Made by a program: the position numbers and the translations under genes. The notes under the pieces were generated by a model. That model worked only from the letters and a program-made list of their open reading frames with translations, did not search any database and was not told the origin of the DNA. A stretch of DNA of 64,000 nt from a virus. Taxonomy: Duplodnaviria; Caudoviricetes. Positions 38,853 to 49,015 of the stretch are shown one piece after another. The stretch spans positions 64,001 to 128,000 of the IMG/VR virus record IMGVR_UViG_3300014000_000001, one strand, 5' to 3'. The number at the start of each line of letters is the position of its first letter. Position 1 is the stretch's first letter.

Positions 38853-41090
38853 ATGGGTATTCAAGTAATCAATCCTTTTGTCAAGGAACCAAATTATTAT
38901 AAAAGAGAGATGGATATTATCGGAGGATACGTAGATGCATCAGCACAATTCCTTCATTCTAAACATCCTCAATATTCTTTAGACTACTGTACAACTTACG
39001 TTAAAGATCAAATGAAAGAAGGAGGGTCTAATCAAATCAAAGATCCTCGTGTAATGTTCATCTCACAACGTAAGCGTGGTAATAGAAAAAAAGAAGTAGG
39101 TACCCTGACTTCTTTATTAGATGAGATCATTAATGATCAAAACCTGATCATGTCACCAGCGATGATCGCGTATCAACGTCCAGAAATTACCAAGTCTTTA
39201 TTATCGGAGTTCTTATTCGGTAACGTGAAGAAACGTAAGGACTATAAAGATTTAAAATTCAAATACGAACAAGAGGGTAATAAAACCCTACAAACCTTTT
39301 ATGATATTTTACAATCTTCAGTTAAAGAGTTAAACAACTCTCTTTCAGGAGCTGGGGTATCTAAATATAATGCGATTTATTGTAAATCATCCCATCTATC
39401 ATTGACTGCGGGTTGCCGTACTGCGACCAGTTATGCTAACGCATCAAATGAAAGATTCATTGCAGGTAACAGACATTATCATAAACCGAACGTAGTTCTT
39501 CAGGAGTTATCCAACGCTGTACTTTACGGACCTCATCGTGAGATCAAACAGGTTATTGAAAGATATAAACTCCGATACCCAACAGTAGAACAGACGATGG
39601 AATGTATCCTGAAGTCTAGTCGTAAATACTGGATTGATCAAGCTCGAGAAGATTTCATCCTAGATTACATCAACACCATGACTGATGTTGCGCGTGCAGC
39701 TTTTGTTTACACAGGTGATGCGTATCATTTATCTAAGTACAATCCTGGATTCGTTGAAGCGTTGTTCGAAGAGTTTACTGAAGTTGCTCGTGAATATCGA
39801 GAAGATGAAATTGTAAACGAAGACATCCTGAAAAAGATTGATGGTGATAAGGTTGTTACTGTATCATTATTTAAATCACAGAACTTAGTCGGCAAGAAAT
39901 TTAAGGAATTAAAAGAGAAATACCCTGAAGATTATAAGCAAGTAAATACATGCGCTCATAACTTTGAACTACTTATTCAAGAGCATGCTGACCTAATTGA
40001 CGCATTGTGGCGTCCACGTTACTTGGTATCTTCTATTGGTAAGTTTAGATCAATTATTCGTGAAGCAGTATTGACGTCAGATACAGATTCTACAATCTTC
40101 ACCACAATGTATTGGACTCATAAAGTTACAGGTAACTACGACTTTTCTAAGCAGTCTTACAATGTCGGTTATTTGGTGGTTTATTTCGCATCACAAATTG
40201 TATCTAACGCATTATCAATTATGTGTGCCAACATGGGTATTGGTGTTGAACAGTTAAATATGCTTCAGATGAAGAATGAATATTATTTCCCTGTTTACGG
40301 TTTAACCAATATTTCTAAACACTACTTCGCGTTACGCTCTGCTCAAGAGGGCGTGATCAAGATGAAGAAAGATAAAGAAACAGATTCGTGGATTGAAGCA
40401 CCAGAACTTGAGATGAAAGGGGTGCATTTGATTTCATCTAAAGCATCACTTAAGTTCATGACCGATTTCCAAGACTATGTTGAAAAACATGTGATGGCAT
40501 CTATCATGAATGATAAGAAGCTTTCTTGGAATGATATCATGGATCAACCAATTCAAGAAGAGTTACGTATCAGACATAACATCCGTACTGGTGGAATTGA
40601 TTATTACTCTCGTGAACAAATCAAGAATCCTGCCGATTATAAACAGGGCGAGGACAATAGTAACTATTTCCAATACTTAATGTGGCGTGAAGTGTTCGCA
40701 CAAAAATATGGCGATGTAGATAATCCTCCATTCTATGCGATGAAGATCCCAGTAGATTTAAATAAACCACGTAAGCTCAAACGTTGGATTGATTCAATGG
40801 AAGATAGAGCATTGGCAGATCGCTTGATGCGATTCTTGGGAGATAAGGATAAGGACAACTTTACATCTATCCTTATCCCACTACAAATCGTACAGATATC
40901 AGGGTTACCTGCAGAGCTATTGACAATTATCGATGAATCTAGAGCTGTGTCACAAATCATGACTCCATATTACCTAGCACTACAAACCTTTGGAATGTAT
41001 GTTGGTAATTCGAAAAACTCTAGATTACTCACTGATAATTATATTGATCGTTACATGGATAAACAGTTAAACTTGCAACAGGCTGCTTAA
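38853..41090 (+). CDS. Family B DNA polymerase, polymerase-domain subunit (phiKZ gp50-like)
   Basis: K..NNSLSGA, SDTDST catalytic motif, MKNEY, KHYFA, E.KGV; no exonuclease part, consistent with the split polymerase of this group. Confidence 0.9.
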   Translation: MGIQVINPFVKEPNYYKREMDIIGGYVDASAQFLHSKHPQYSLDYCTTYVKDQMKEGGSNQIKDPRVMFISQRKRGNRKKEVGTLTSLLDEIINDQNLIMSPAMIAYQRPEITKSLLSEFLFGNVKKRKDYKDLKFKYEQEGNKTLQTFYDILQSSVKELNNSLSGAGVSKYNAIYCKSSHLSLTAGCRTATSYANASNERFIAGNRHYHKPNVVLQELSNAVLYGPHREIKQVIERYKLRYPTVEQTMECILKSSRKYWIDQAREDFILDYINTMTDVARAAFVYTGDAYHLSKYNPGFVEALFEEFTEVAREYREDEIVNEDILKKIDGDKVVTVSLFKSQNLVGKKFKELKEKYPEDYKQVNTCAHNFELLIQEHADLIDALWRPRYLVSSIGKFRSIIREAVLTSDTDSTIFTTMYWTHKVTGNYDFSKQSYNVGYLVVYFASQIVSNALSIMCANMGIGVEQLNMLQMKNEYYFPVYGLTNISKHYFALRSAQEGVIKMKKDKETDSWIEAPELEMKGVHLISSKASLKFMTDFQDYVEKHVMASIMNDKKLSWNDIMDQPIQEELRIRHNIRTGGIDYYSREQIKNPADYKQGEDNSNYFQYLMWREVFAQKYGDVDNPPFYAMKIPVDLNKPRKLKRWIDSMEDRALADRLMRFLGDKDKDNFTSILIPLQIVQISGLPAELLTIIDESRAVSQIMTPYYLALQTFGMYVGNSKNSRLLTDNYIDRYMDKQLNLQQAA

Positions 41091-42158
41091 TTTACCATAG
41101 GTAGTATCTACTCCAATCCCAATATTATCGTAGAACTCACGATCATTGCGTAATGTTTTGATTCGTCTTTTCATGAATTCAATGTCTTGACGATTCTTCT
41201 CATTACCGTGATCGTTTTGATATTGGGCTAGGAAGTTCAACCAACTTAACCTCGATGCATCGTACACCCAACGTACTGAACGAGTGTAAGTCATCTCAGG
41301 TAAGATGAGAGTTTGCGCAACATTACCCATGCTCAGTTGAGGGATTTGTTGGTTGATTTCATTAAAGGTAAAACTACCTGAACTTATAATTTTAACAGCG
41401 TGAAGTAAAGCTCTATCCACATAATGGCTAGTATTATTCACAACAACACCACCAACTCTAAGAGTTTTAAAAGCTGCAGGCTCAATTTGGTTATAATGTT
41501 GAATAAAACGATTACGAAGAACAATATCCATGTGGCTATTGATGATATTAAACAAAGGATAACGACTTAGAAACATATGTGGTGATTCAGGATCAATCCC
41601 GTTACGTTCAGCCTCATAATGTTGCCACAGTCGATATTGTAAAATTAATACAGGAATATTGATACATATGTAGGCTTTATTTCCAAATACATTCTCACCC
41701 GTATAACGACTATTTGGAATACCGAGGTTTAAATCGCAATAGGGGTGATCAAGAACTCTAATAGGTTCTAGTAACTTCCAATTGTATTTAATCTCGTTAC
41801 CTAACGGAATGGAATCATCCATAACAAGGTATTCATTAATGTTGTTTGGGTAAGCTATGTTATTTGGTACATTTGTCATTCTTCTATATGGTGTTGAGAT
41901 ACCAAACAACTCAGCATCTTCTAACCAACGATTACGAGCTACTTCTAAAGTAGTATCTGCATTTTGATAAAGGGGAGTGTTATCACTTTTTAAAAGTTTG
42001 ACTAAAGGATGTGTATTTAAAACCCATTCACTAGATTCTCTGAAATAACGAGCAAGCTTATTTAGTTCTTTATAGAGTGCTTCACGAGCATTATTCCACC
42101 CAGGTAGGTTCTGTGCTCCTAAATTGAACATACGCGGATTGTTAAAAAGAGTATGCAT
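41067..42158 (-). CDS. Conserved phiKZ-like core protein (gp52-like by synteny)
   Basis: 363 aa minus-strand gene between DNA polymerase and chimallin. Confidence 0.65.
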   Translation of the reverse strand: MHTLFNNPRMFNLGAQNLPGWNNAREALYKELNKLARYFRESSEWVLNTHPLVKLLKSDNTPLYQNADTTLEVARNRWLEDAELFGISTPYRRMTNVPNNIAYPNNINEYLVMDDSIPLGNEIKYNWKLLEPIRVLDHPYCDLNLGIPNSRYTGENVFGNKAYICINIPVLILQYRLWQHYEAERNGIDPESPHMFLSRYPLFNIINSHMDIVLRNRFIQHYNQIEPAAFKTLRVGGVVVNNTSHYVDRALLHAVKIISSGSFTFNEINQQIPQLSMGNVAQTLILPEMTYTRSVRWVYDASRLSWLNFLAQYQNDHGNEKNRQDIEFMKRRIKTLRNDREFYDNIGIGVDTTYGKLSSLLQV

Positions 42159-42280
42159 AATTTTTCTCTGTCGGTATTTATTTACTTCATATCATTTATT
42201 ATATAGAGGATAAGCATCATTTTGATGTTTGCCATAAGTGTGGATATGTTGCCGTTAATCCTTAATTTAAAAGAAATTTG

Positions 42281-42301
42281 GATTATACATTATCTAAGTG
42301 A
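42281..42301 (+). promoter_or_regulatory. Putative early promoter of chimallin
   Basis: GATTATACATTATCTAAGTGA. Confidence 0.75.
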
Positions 42302-42366
42302 ATATCGGACAGTATATTCAATTAACATGTTAATTGTAAGTAAAAATCTTTAAAGAGGTAATAAAA

Positions 42367-44334
42367 ATGGGTATGACTCAAATCGGCGGTGGTTCAAATA
42401 ACAACGACCGCAAAAATGATCGCGATAACAACAACTACGGTAATGACCGTGGTCGTGAGCGTTCTCAAGAAGATCGCGATCGTGCTGATCTTCGCGGCGC
42501 AAGTCAGAGCTTGCGCCAAACAGCAGCTAACCCATTCGGTACGGCTGTTTCAACTTCGCGCTCTCTAGGAGCACTCAACAACTACACTTCAAACTACGTT
42601 GCTGCAAAAACCCGTGGTAAATCAATCGATATGAAAACCTTCGTGGTTGAAGAAGGGGTTGCAGTTCCATCGGTAGTGATTGCAGCGATTGCAAGCAAAG
42701 ACAATCAAAAGTTTGTTATTTCGCACGCAATCATGTTGGTGAACAACGCCCAACCACCTGCTCCTTTATTGGATCAAAACATCCAAGGCATCATGTACCG
42801 TGACAACACCACATGGGCAGATGCTTACGATGATAAATACCAAGCTGCAATCATCGAAGTGGTTGAGCGTGATTTAGCGGAAAAGGTGGAATTCATTTCA
42901 GCAGGTGCGACTGCTGTAGATTATACCTTTATTCCAACTGAAAAGTTGTTGAATGAAAACAACTTCCAATCATTACAGTTGGACAACTTGATCTTAAACG
43001 TAATGAGTGGTATTGAAGCAGTTCGTGCAATCGAATCTGACGATACATCTCGTGACATTAAACCATCTAACTCAAACCTAGATGCACAAATCGTTGCTGA
43101 TGTATCATTACAACCATCAACTTCAACTCAGCCAAACGGTGATCCATTGGCAGAAGACTTCTTGATTAAGTTGTCAGAAGTACCGAATGATCGTCGCGAT
43201 CGTAAGCGTAACGAACCACGTTCATTAAACCAAACAGGTGAAAGCAACAACCGAGCTTATGGTGCGGTATCGGGCCGTATTGATTTTAAATATGTAGAAC
43301 CAGTTCAAGTAGCTCGTGGATGGCGTCCACAACCAGGTGATTCAGCTTGCTTTATCCCTGAGTTCATTATCGCTGGTTTCGATGTATTGGATATGCAACC
43401 AAGCTTAACACTGATGTTGCAATTGATTGCATCCGTTGGTATCTTGGATTCTCGTAATCCTCCGTTTTATCTTGATGCATTCTTACCTGCTAACTTAACC
43501 AATAACAGTTCTCGTAACTTAGGTGCGTTGCAGGCGGAAATGCAAGATCCTGAAAATGGTCAACGTTTGGAACGTCTGGAGTTAAAACCATCAACAGACA
43601 TGATCACTTTCCAAAAGTTCGTGACTGCCGCGATTCAGGAAAAAGTATCTATTGCAATCGAAATCCCAACTCAAGGTCCATTGGTTGGTTTGTTAAACAC
43701 CTTCGATCAAGCAGTAGATTACAATGGTCGTGAAGGTACTGAAGCCGCTTACTTCAATGGTTTAATTGTTGAAGCTGCTGATGTATTGACTGAAGGTGCA
43801 TTCAGTGACATGTGGACTCCTGGTACACCAGTAATGTTACGTAAACGTGCAATCATTCCAACTGGTTACTGGATTGATGGTCAACAAAACAAACGTGATT
43901 CACGTGAGTTTGGTTACCTTTACTATGCGAATGTGGATAACCCACAAGAAGCTTATGAGCTTTCAGTACAGTACGATAAGTCATTCGACATTGATGATCA
44001 ATTGATTGCAGCCGCTGAACGTCGTCGTTTAATCGAAGATGTACAAGGTAGCAATTTCGTACAAACTGATAACGTAAGCCGCGTGTATTTCAATCCAGAA
44101 TTCTTCGCATGTTTGCTTGATGCGATGAACAGCTCAGGCATGGCGCCAGCAATTGGTAACGCAGCTTATGCTGGTCGTGGTCAATCTCGTCGTCGTGTGG
44201 ATGACAGCAACTACCTTGACAGTGGTCGTCTGGAAAACTCTTACCAACGTTACAACGGTAATAGCCGTGATGATCGTGGTTACAACTATAACTCACGTGG
44301 TTACGGTGCTTCACGTAACTGGCGTATTCGTTAA
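42367..44334 (+). CDS. chmA: Chimallin, major phage nuclear shell protein (phiKZ gp54-like)
   Basis: 655 aa between the gp52-like gene and nvRNAP beta'; IP.GYW.D....KRD.R.F.YL and RVYFNP.F motifs; highly biased codon usage; own promoter and terminator. Confidence 0.85.
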   Translation: MGMTQIGGGSNNNDRKNDRDNNNYGNDRGRERSQEDRDRADLRGASQSLRQTAANPFGTAVSTSRSLGALNNYTSNYVAAKTRGKSIDMKTFVVEEGVAVPSVVIAAIASKDNQKFVISHAIMLVNNAQPPAPLLDQNIQGIMYRDNTTWADAYDDKYQAAIIEVVERDLAEKVEFISAGATAVDYTFIPTEKLLNENNFQSLQLDNLILNVMSGIEAVRAIESDDTSRDIKPSNSNLDAQIVADVSLQPSTSTQPNGDPLAEDFLIKLSEVPNDRRDRKRNEPRSLNQTGESNNRAYGAVSGRIDFKYVEPVQVARGWRPQPGDSACFIPEFIIAGFDVLDMQPSLTLMLQLIASVGILDSRNPPFYLDAFLPANLTNNSSRNLGALQAEMQDPENGQRLERLELKPSTDMITFQKFVTAAIQEKVSIAIEIPTQGPLVGLLNTFDQAVDYNGREGTEAAYFNGLIVEAADVLTEGAFSDMWTPGTPVMLRKRAIIPTGYWIDGQQNKRDSREFGYLYYANVDNPQEAYELSVQYDKSFDIDDQLIAAAERRRLIEDVQGSNFVQTDNVSRVYFNPEFFACLLDAMNSSGMAPAIGNAAYAGRGQSRRRVDDSNYLDSGRLENSYQRYNGNSRDDRGYNYNSRGYGASRNWRIR

Positions 44335-44411
44335 TACATAAGACATAATTTAAAGAAAGGAGCCTAGGCTCCTTTCTTTTTTCTATAAACTTTTTACCTG
44401 TGGAGTGATCA

Positions 44412-45687
44412 ATGTTTCAACGACATATCGATCCAGACTATCCTAATTTCACCTATGACCCAGCAGTTGTGGTGGCTTTAGATAACTTGGATGATTACTT
44501 TAAAGAGGACTCATCGGAACGCGAAGTGTTTATCGCAAACGACTTTCAGGTGGATACGGAAGACAAACGTGAACATCTTGTAGATATGTTAACCAAAACA
44601 TATAGTCGTGAATTTCTTGATGAACCAATCAATGGTGCAAATTCCTTGTTTGAGAAAGTTGCTCCGTCAATGTGGATACGTCCAGTGGGTAATGGTAAAT
44701 TTGTTCAACCTAAGTTTCTATCCATGCTCACTAAAGCACTCACTCGTGATCGAGTGAATATGGTGCAATATGCGATGGACCCAAGTTATAAACTACCCAT
44801 TACTAAAACTCCATCTGGATTACTTAAAACATTCTTAGATGCTGGGTTCCCACGTGGAATGAAAGCATTCCATGATCATTTCGATGAAATCATGGATATC
44901 CTAATCATGAATCAATATCGTAAGCGTGAAGCTCGTCGTAATGCAATAGGTGAAGGGCGTAGAACCTCTGCTCGTAACACGATGGATTACATTGCGATGT
45001 GTATTGAGAAATACCGAGATTCAATCTTTTGTGAACATTTACCTGTGCCGTCTAATCAGGTATTTATCATGGAAAAGCGTGGAAAGAATAAAGTCTCTGA
45101 AGTACCACTTATGCAGTACGCGTTTGATGCGGTACATACGGTGACTTCTATTTCATCACGTATCCGTGGTGTGTCTCCACGTGAAGCAGATCGACTTGAT
45201 TATAAAGTCAATGATCTGATGAGTGAGTTCTACGAGAAATACTCTCAAAATTATCTTACTTCTAAACCTGGAGTGTTCCGTAAAAACAGTTATGGTACTT
45301 CATCGTCGTTTAATGCACGAGCAGTAATTGTATCTCGTCAAGGGATTCAAAACTACGATGAGATCATCATCCCTTATTCATTAGGATTTAAAATATTCGA
45401 ACACCATATTGCGAAAATCTATATTGATGATAAGCAGTTTAGCCCAATTGATATTTTTGAAATGCGTGCTGAATATGCAAAACAGTTTAATAAAGGTATT
45501 CATAATGTGATGAACACCCTAGTCAGTGATTTCTGGGGTGGACGTGGATGGCCGAATAACTTCTTACGCCATCCATATTTATCAAAATTATCCTCTCAGT
45601 TCTTCTACATTCCAGAAGTAGGAACTGACCCTTTAGATACCACGATACAATTATCCCCAATGGTATTAAAAGGTCCCAACGCAGACT
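44412..45687 (+). CDS. Non-virion RNA polymerase beta' subunit (phiKZ gp55-like), exon 1
   Basis: K.G.FRK..YG, F.ARAVI, R.P.L and GPNAD motifs; interrupted inside NADFDGD. Confidence 0.9.
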
Positions 45688-46122
45688 CAACCATTTCGTT
45701 CAAATGTCGGGGTCCTTATCATGGTAACATGGTTCGAAAAACTTCGTTAATTGCTGGAACGTACCCTAAAGCCGCTTAGCTAGTATTAGCGTCGAAAGAC
45801 AGAAACAATAAAGCGGATGGTCTAAGCTTAAATGAAAGCTTATCTGTTTAGATAGGTGCTAAGGATCGTGTTTAATGGGCAATCAGCAGCCACGTTTGCA
45901 TAGGCTTCAAAAGAGTAATGGAAACAGGTTCGACGGTCGTGAGGGTTGCGCCTCTTAGCCGATTCATGGATGAACGGTGAAAATGAAGCGTCCTAGGATA
46001 AGTCCCACAAGGATAATGTTAGGATGGTGGTATGACCTATAGATTCTCGAAAGAGATGAACAAAAGGAACATTTAGTTTTAAAGATTACATAAAGTGTGG
46101 TTCAGTAATGTGGAGAAAAAAG

Positions 46123-46881
46123 ATGTTAACCATTCTCGAACATATGGACTACGAACACCCAAACCCTGCAGTTATTAGCCATACTCAGGGTCGTTATGTC
46201 TTAGACAAAGACACTAAAATTGTCTATGATAACTATCTGAAAAAAGAAATTAATCCTGATCCGGATAGTGGGTTATATCCGATTAACGTCCTTGAACAAT
46301 ATAACATGACATACTGGGAATTATACATGTTGTCGTTCAAGGCAAATCATATCCCCACTCACGATTTCTTAAAAGCTCTAGGAAATGGCGCTATATTTGC
46401 TTATGTAGCACACCCCACTATCGATGCGGACGAGTTATCGATAGATCAGAATATACCTAGTCGGGATTTATCCTGGTTCATCGATGTGAAATGTTCAAAT
46501 ATAGCTGGAGCCCGGTATATTCCGACGTTTACTCGTTATGTGATGGATAACGATTTTAATATTTATCAATTAGGTGATGGGTCTTTTAAAAAGATTAATG
46601 AACCAATCCCTTGGGAAGCTGAAAATGTGGAGGAACAGCTTAATGATATAATTGTATTTCTTCAGAGAGATGATAATGTTTGGGAAGAAGTTTATTGGAT
46701 TGACCTTGTTGGGATAATGTTTCTAGAACCCAAAGATGATCCAATATTTGTAGATCATCTATTTACATCAAGACAGTATATATTTAATCAAATACCTCTG
46801 AAATTAGAAGATGTCGAAAGCGGTGATTGGTTATCACAAAATATCGATATGATTTTAGATGAAAGAGACGATGAGGATTAA
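46123..46881 (+). CDS. Intron ORF1: acidic paralog of the HNH endonuclease lacking the HNH motif
   Basis: GGAG RBS before ATG 46123; blockwise similarity to the N-terminal half of ORF2. Confidence 0.7.
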   Translation: MLTILEHMDYEHPNPAVISHTQGRYVLDKDTKIVYDNYLKKEINPDPDSGLYPINVLEQYNMTYWELYMLSFKANHIPTHDFLKALGNGAIFAYVAHPTIDADELSIDQNIPSRDLSWFIDVKCSNIAGARYIPTFTRYVMDNDFNIYQLGDGSFKKINEPIPWEAENVEEQLNDIIVFLQRDDNVWEEVYWIDLVGIMFLEPKDDPIFVDHLFTSRQYIFNQIPLKLEDVESGDWLSQNIDMILDERDDED

Positions 46882-46883
46882 AT

Positions 46884-48017
46884 ATGTCTAGCAAAAACAC
46901 TAACCGACCAATTCATCGCTGGCACCACAAAAACAAAGCGATATCCTATACTTTAAACCGTTTTGAATATGATCGATTGTTAGGTGTTGTAACAGATGTC
47001 GCCAATGGAGATATTATTCAGTTAATTGATGGGTATTTTCATTTAAATGATTTTATCTTTAATAAATTGACTGAAGCCGAAGCCTGGATGTTAACTCATA
47101 AACCCTTAAACATACCTGCTTGGGATTTTATCAGGGCTTGGAAGAATAACGAAATTAAGATCATAGGTAATTCAAGAAACCCTTCTAAAGATACTACGTT
47201 CTGGAAGTTTAAAATAGAATCTAGCTATTATCCTGGTTTCTATTACATTCCTGGTTACACGAACTACGTTGTTAACGAGAGTGGTCGAGTTATATCATTA
47301 TTTAAAGGGATTGAATTACGATTTCATTCTAACGGTGATGGTTATCTAACAGCGAATATGGTTTCGGATGACTCATTGAACGGCGTAGTTCCTATCCACC
47401 CGTTAGTTGCTTTTACTTTTAAGGATTGGAGTTTAGAGGATGTTATCAATAATGAAATAGATCATATTGATGGTAATACTGAAAATACTCATGAAAGTAA
47501 TTTAGAATTCGTATCTCAAGCAGAAAATATTAAGAGGATAGCTAGAAATAACTACTACGGTAAGAGAACTCACCATTGCGATATCTATTATCGGGATCTT
47601 AAAACAGGAGAAAAAGGTATTGTTAAAACCCAACGAGAACTAGCTAACCGAATTAGTGATTTAGGTGCGAGTACGATACAGAACCATCTAAGTAAATCCA
47701 AACCCAACGCGACCCTAAAGTCAAGATATGTAATCGCATATGTGAAAGATGAATCAGATATACAATACCTAGATGGTTTAGATGCTAAGTATTTTGATCT
47801 GCGTTCTGGTTCCCAGGCTAGAGCGACGCTGATAAAGAATATAAGCACTGGTGAAATCAAGCGTTTCGATAAAATGAGAGATGCTTTTAATTACATCAGT
47901 AGTATTATTAATATTACATTTAAACCATTTAGTGATAGGTTGGCGAAAGGTATTCAAAAAGATTTTGATGGTTATATCTTTAAATACGAAGATATAACAG
48001 ACGATTGGATTTTATAA
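46884..48017 (+). CDS. Intron ORF2: HNH homing endonuclease (NUMOD4-like, HNH_3, C-terminal NUMOD1-like repeats)
   Basis: IPGY.NY.V...GRV.S, GYL, IH.LVA.TF, IDHIDGN..N....NLE.VS..EN; two C-terminal K.GE-helix repeats. Confidence 0.9.
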   Translation: MSSKNTNRPIHRWHHKNKAISYTLNRFEYDRLLGVVTDVANGDIIQLIDGYFHLNDFIFNKLTEAEAWMLTHKPLNIPAWDFIRAWKNNEIKIIGNSRNPSKDTTFWKFKIESSYYPGFYYIPGYTNYVVNESGRVISLFKGIELRFHSNGDGYLTANMVSDDSLNGVVPIHPLVAFTFKDWSLEDVINNEIDHIDGNTENTHESNLEFVSQAENIKRIARNNYYGKRTHHCDIYYRDLKTGEKGIVKTQRELANRISDLGASTIQNHLSKSKPNATLKSRYVIAYVKDESDIQYLDGLDAKYFDLRSGSQARATLIKNISTGEIKRFDKMRDAFNYISSIINITFKPFSDRLAKGIQKDFDGYIFKYEDITDDWIL

Positions 48018-48118
48018 CTATAAACCAACTGAACCACACTTTATGTAATCTTTAGGCTAAAAAGATTTAAACTGTTCTTATGATTAGATACAAACTAATC
48101 ACTTAGGATACAAACCGG

Positions 48119-48303
48119 TCGACGGAGATGAGATGGTCTTGTCTCTTCATTTAGATAAATACACAGCAGATCTGTGGAGTTCAACTCGTCCTTCCGAGGG
48201 CGCATTGGATCAAAACAAAGCATTATCGTATTCAGGAGATTTAGATCTCTCTAAACCGATGATCCTTCAATTCTATCGATACCTAAGTCTCGATAAGAAG
48301 TAA
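48119..48303 (+). CDS. nvRNAP beta' subunit, exon 2 (absent from the ORF track)
   Basis: (F)DGDEMVLSLHLDKYTADLWSSTRPSEGALDQNKALSYSGDLDLSKPMILQFYRYLSLDKK*. Confidence 0.9.
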
Positions 48304-48325
48304 ATTTAATAATCTAGAGGTTAAA

Positions 48326-48961
48326 ATGAGAATCATTGAATTAGATGACGATTCAGATCGTGCATTAATCAGTGGTTATGTGGCACGAGAGGAAACCAGG
48401 CAGCGATTTGATCGTGATCGGGAGAACTTTCGAGAACGAGTAGGTCGTTACCGCGGTCGAGAATATCTTGACCGTTTTAGTGATTTCTCACGTTCGTTAG
48501 ATATTGATTACTTAGCCAGACGATCAATTGCAATTGGTCGTAAAATGCAATCTACATTTCGTGATGATACTATTTACGATATGCATACGGTTGCTGATTT
48601 CCAACATGCGTCTTCAAGAATGCAAAACTATATGTTGGCTGATTTAGAACTCAATTATCGTGCACGTAACCAACGAATGCAGGCTTGGTCTCGTCCAGTT
48701 GCTGATTACGCCTATCAGGAGAATGAAGATCCTAGAAATAATCCATATTATCGTGCGATGAATGATGGATACTTAAGAGTGTGTGAGGATGATAATAAGT
48801 CCATGTACGCTGAGAGTTTCCTAGGTCAAACTGAGCGAGATATGGACATCTTAAGTCATGATGAGAAGATGAGCTTACATCGTTCCGCTGCATTGCTTAA
48901 AGATCTTCTAGGTGAATACGGAGCAGAAGATCCAACATCTCCAGAAAACAATAGCCTTTAA
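48326..48961 (+). CDS. Conserved protein (phiKZ gp59-like by synteny)
   Basis: 211 aa, AGAGGT RBS, C-terminal EDPTS..N.L; UUCG terminator at ~48970-48988. Confidence 0.65.
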   Translation: MRIIELDDDSDRALISGYVAREETRQRFDRDRENFRERVGRYRGREYLDRFSDFSRSLDIDYLARRSIAIGRKMQSTFRDDTIYDMHTVADFQHASSRMQNYMLADLELNYRARNQRMQAWSRPVADYAYQENEDPRNNPYYRAMNDGYLRVCEDDNKSMYAESFLGQTERDMDILSHDEKMSLHRSAALLKDLLGEYGAEDPTSPENNSL

Positions 48962-49015
48962 TATATAAGTGAGCACTTCGGTGCTCATTTTTTATTTTTA
49001 TTTATAGAGGTAATT

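Larger units (their letters stand above)
46080..48054. repeat. Perfect 27-bp inverted repeat flanking the intron ORFs
   Basis: TAAAGATTACATAAAGTGTGGTTCAGT (46080-46106) and ACTGAACCACACTTTATGTAATCTTTA (48028-48054). Confidence 0.95.
45688..48118 (+). mobile_element. Group I intron (IA-like) with two internal ORFs
   Basis: Exon ends in U, intron ends in G; splicing restores AAC GCA GAC T|TC GAC GGA GAT (NADFDGD); IGS GUCGGGGUC at 45706-45714; P3 CUUCGUU/AAUGAAG; P4 UGCUG/CAGCA; P7 GGUCGU/AUGACC. Confidence 0.92.

Noticed and set aside
45688-45779. C-terminal 30 codons of ORF 44412-45779
   Set aside because: Read-through into intron sequence; the real C-terminus is exon 2 (48119-48303)
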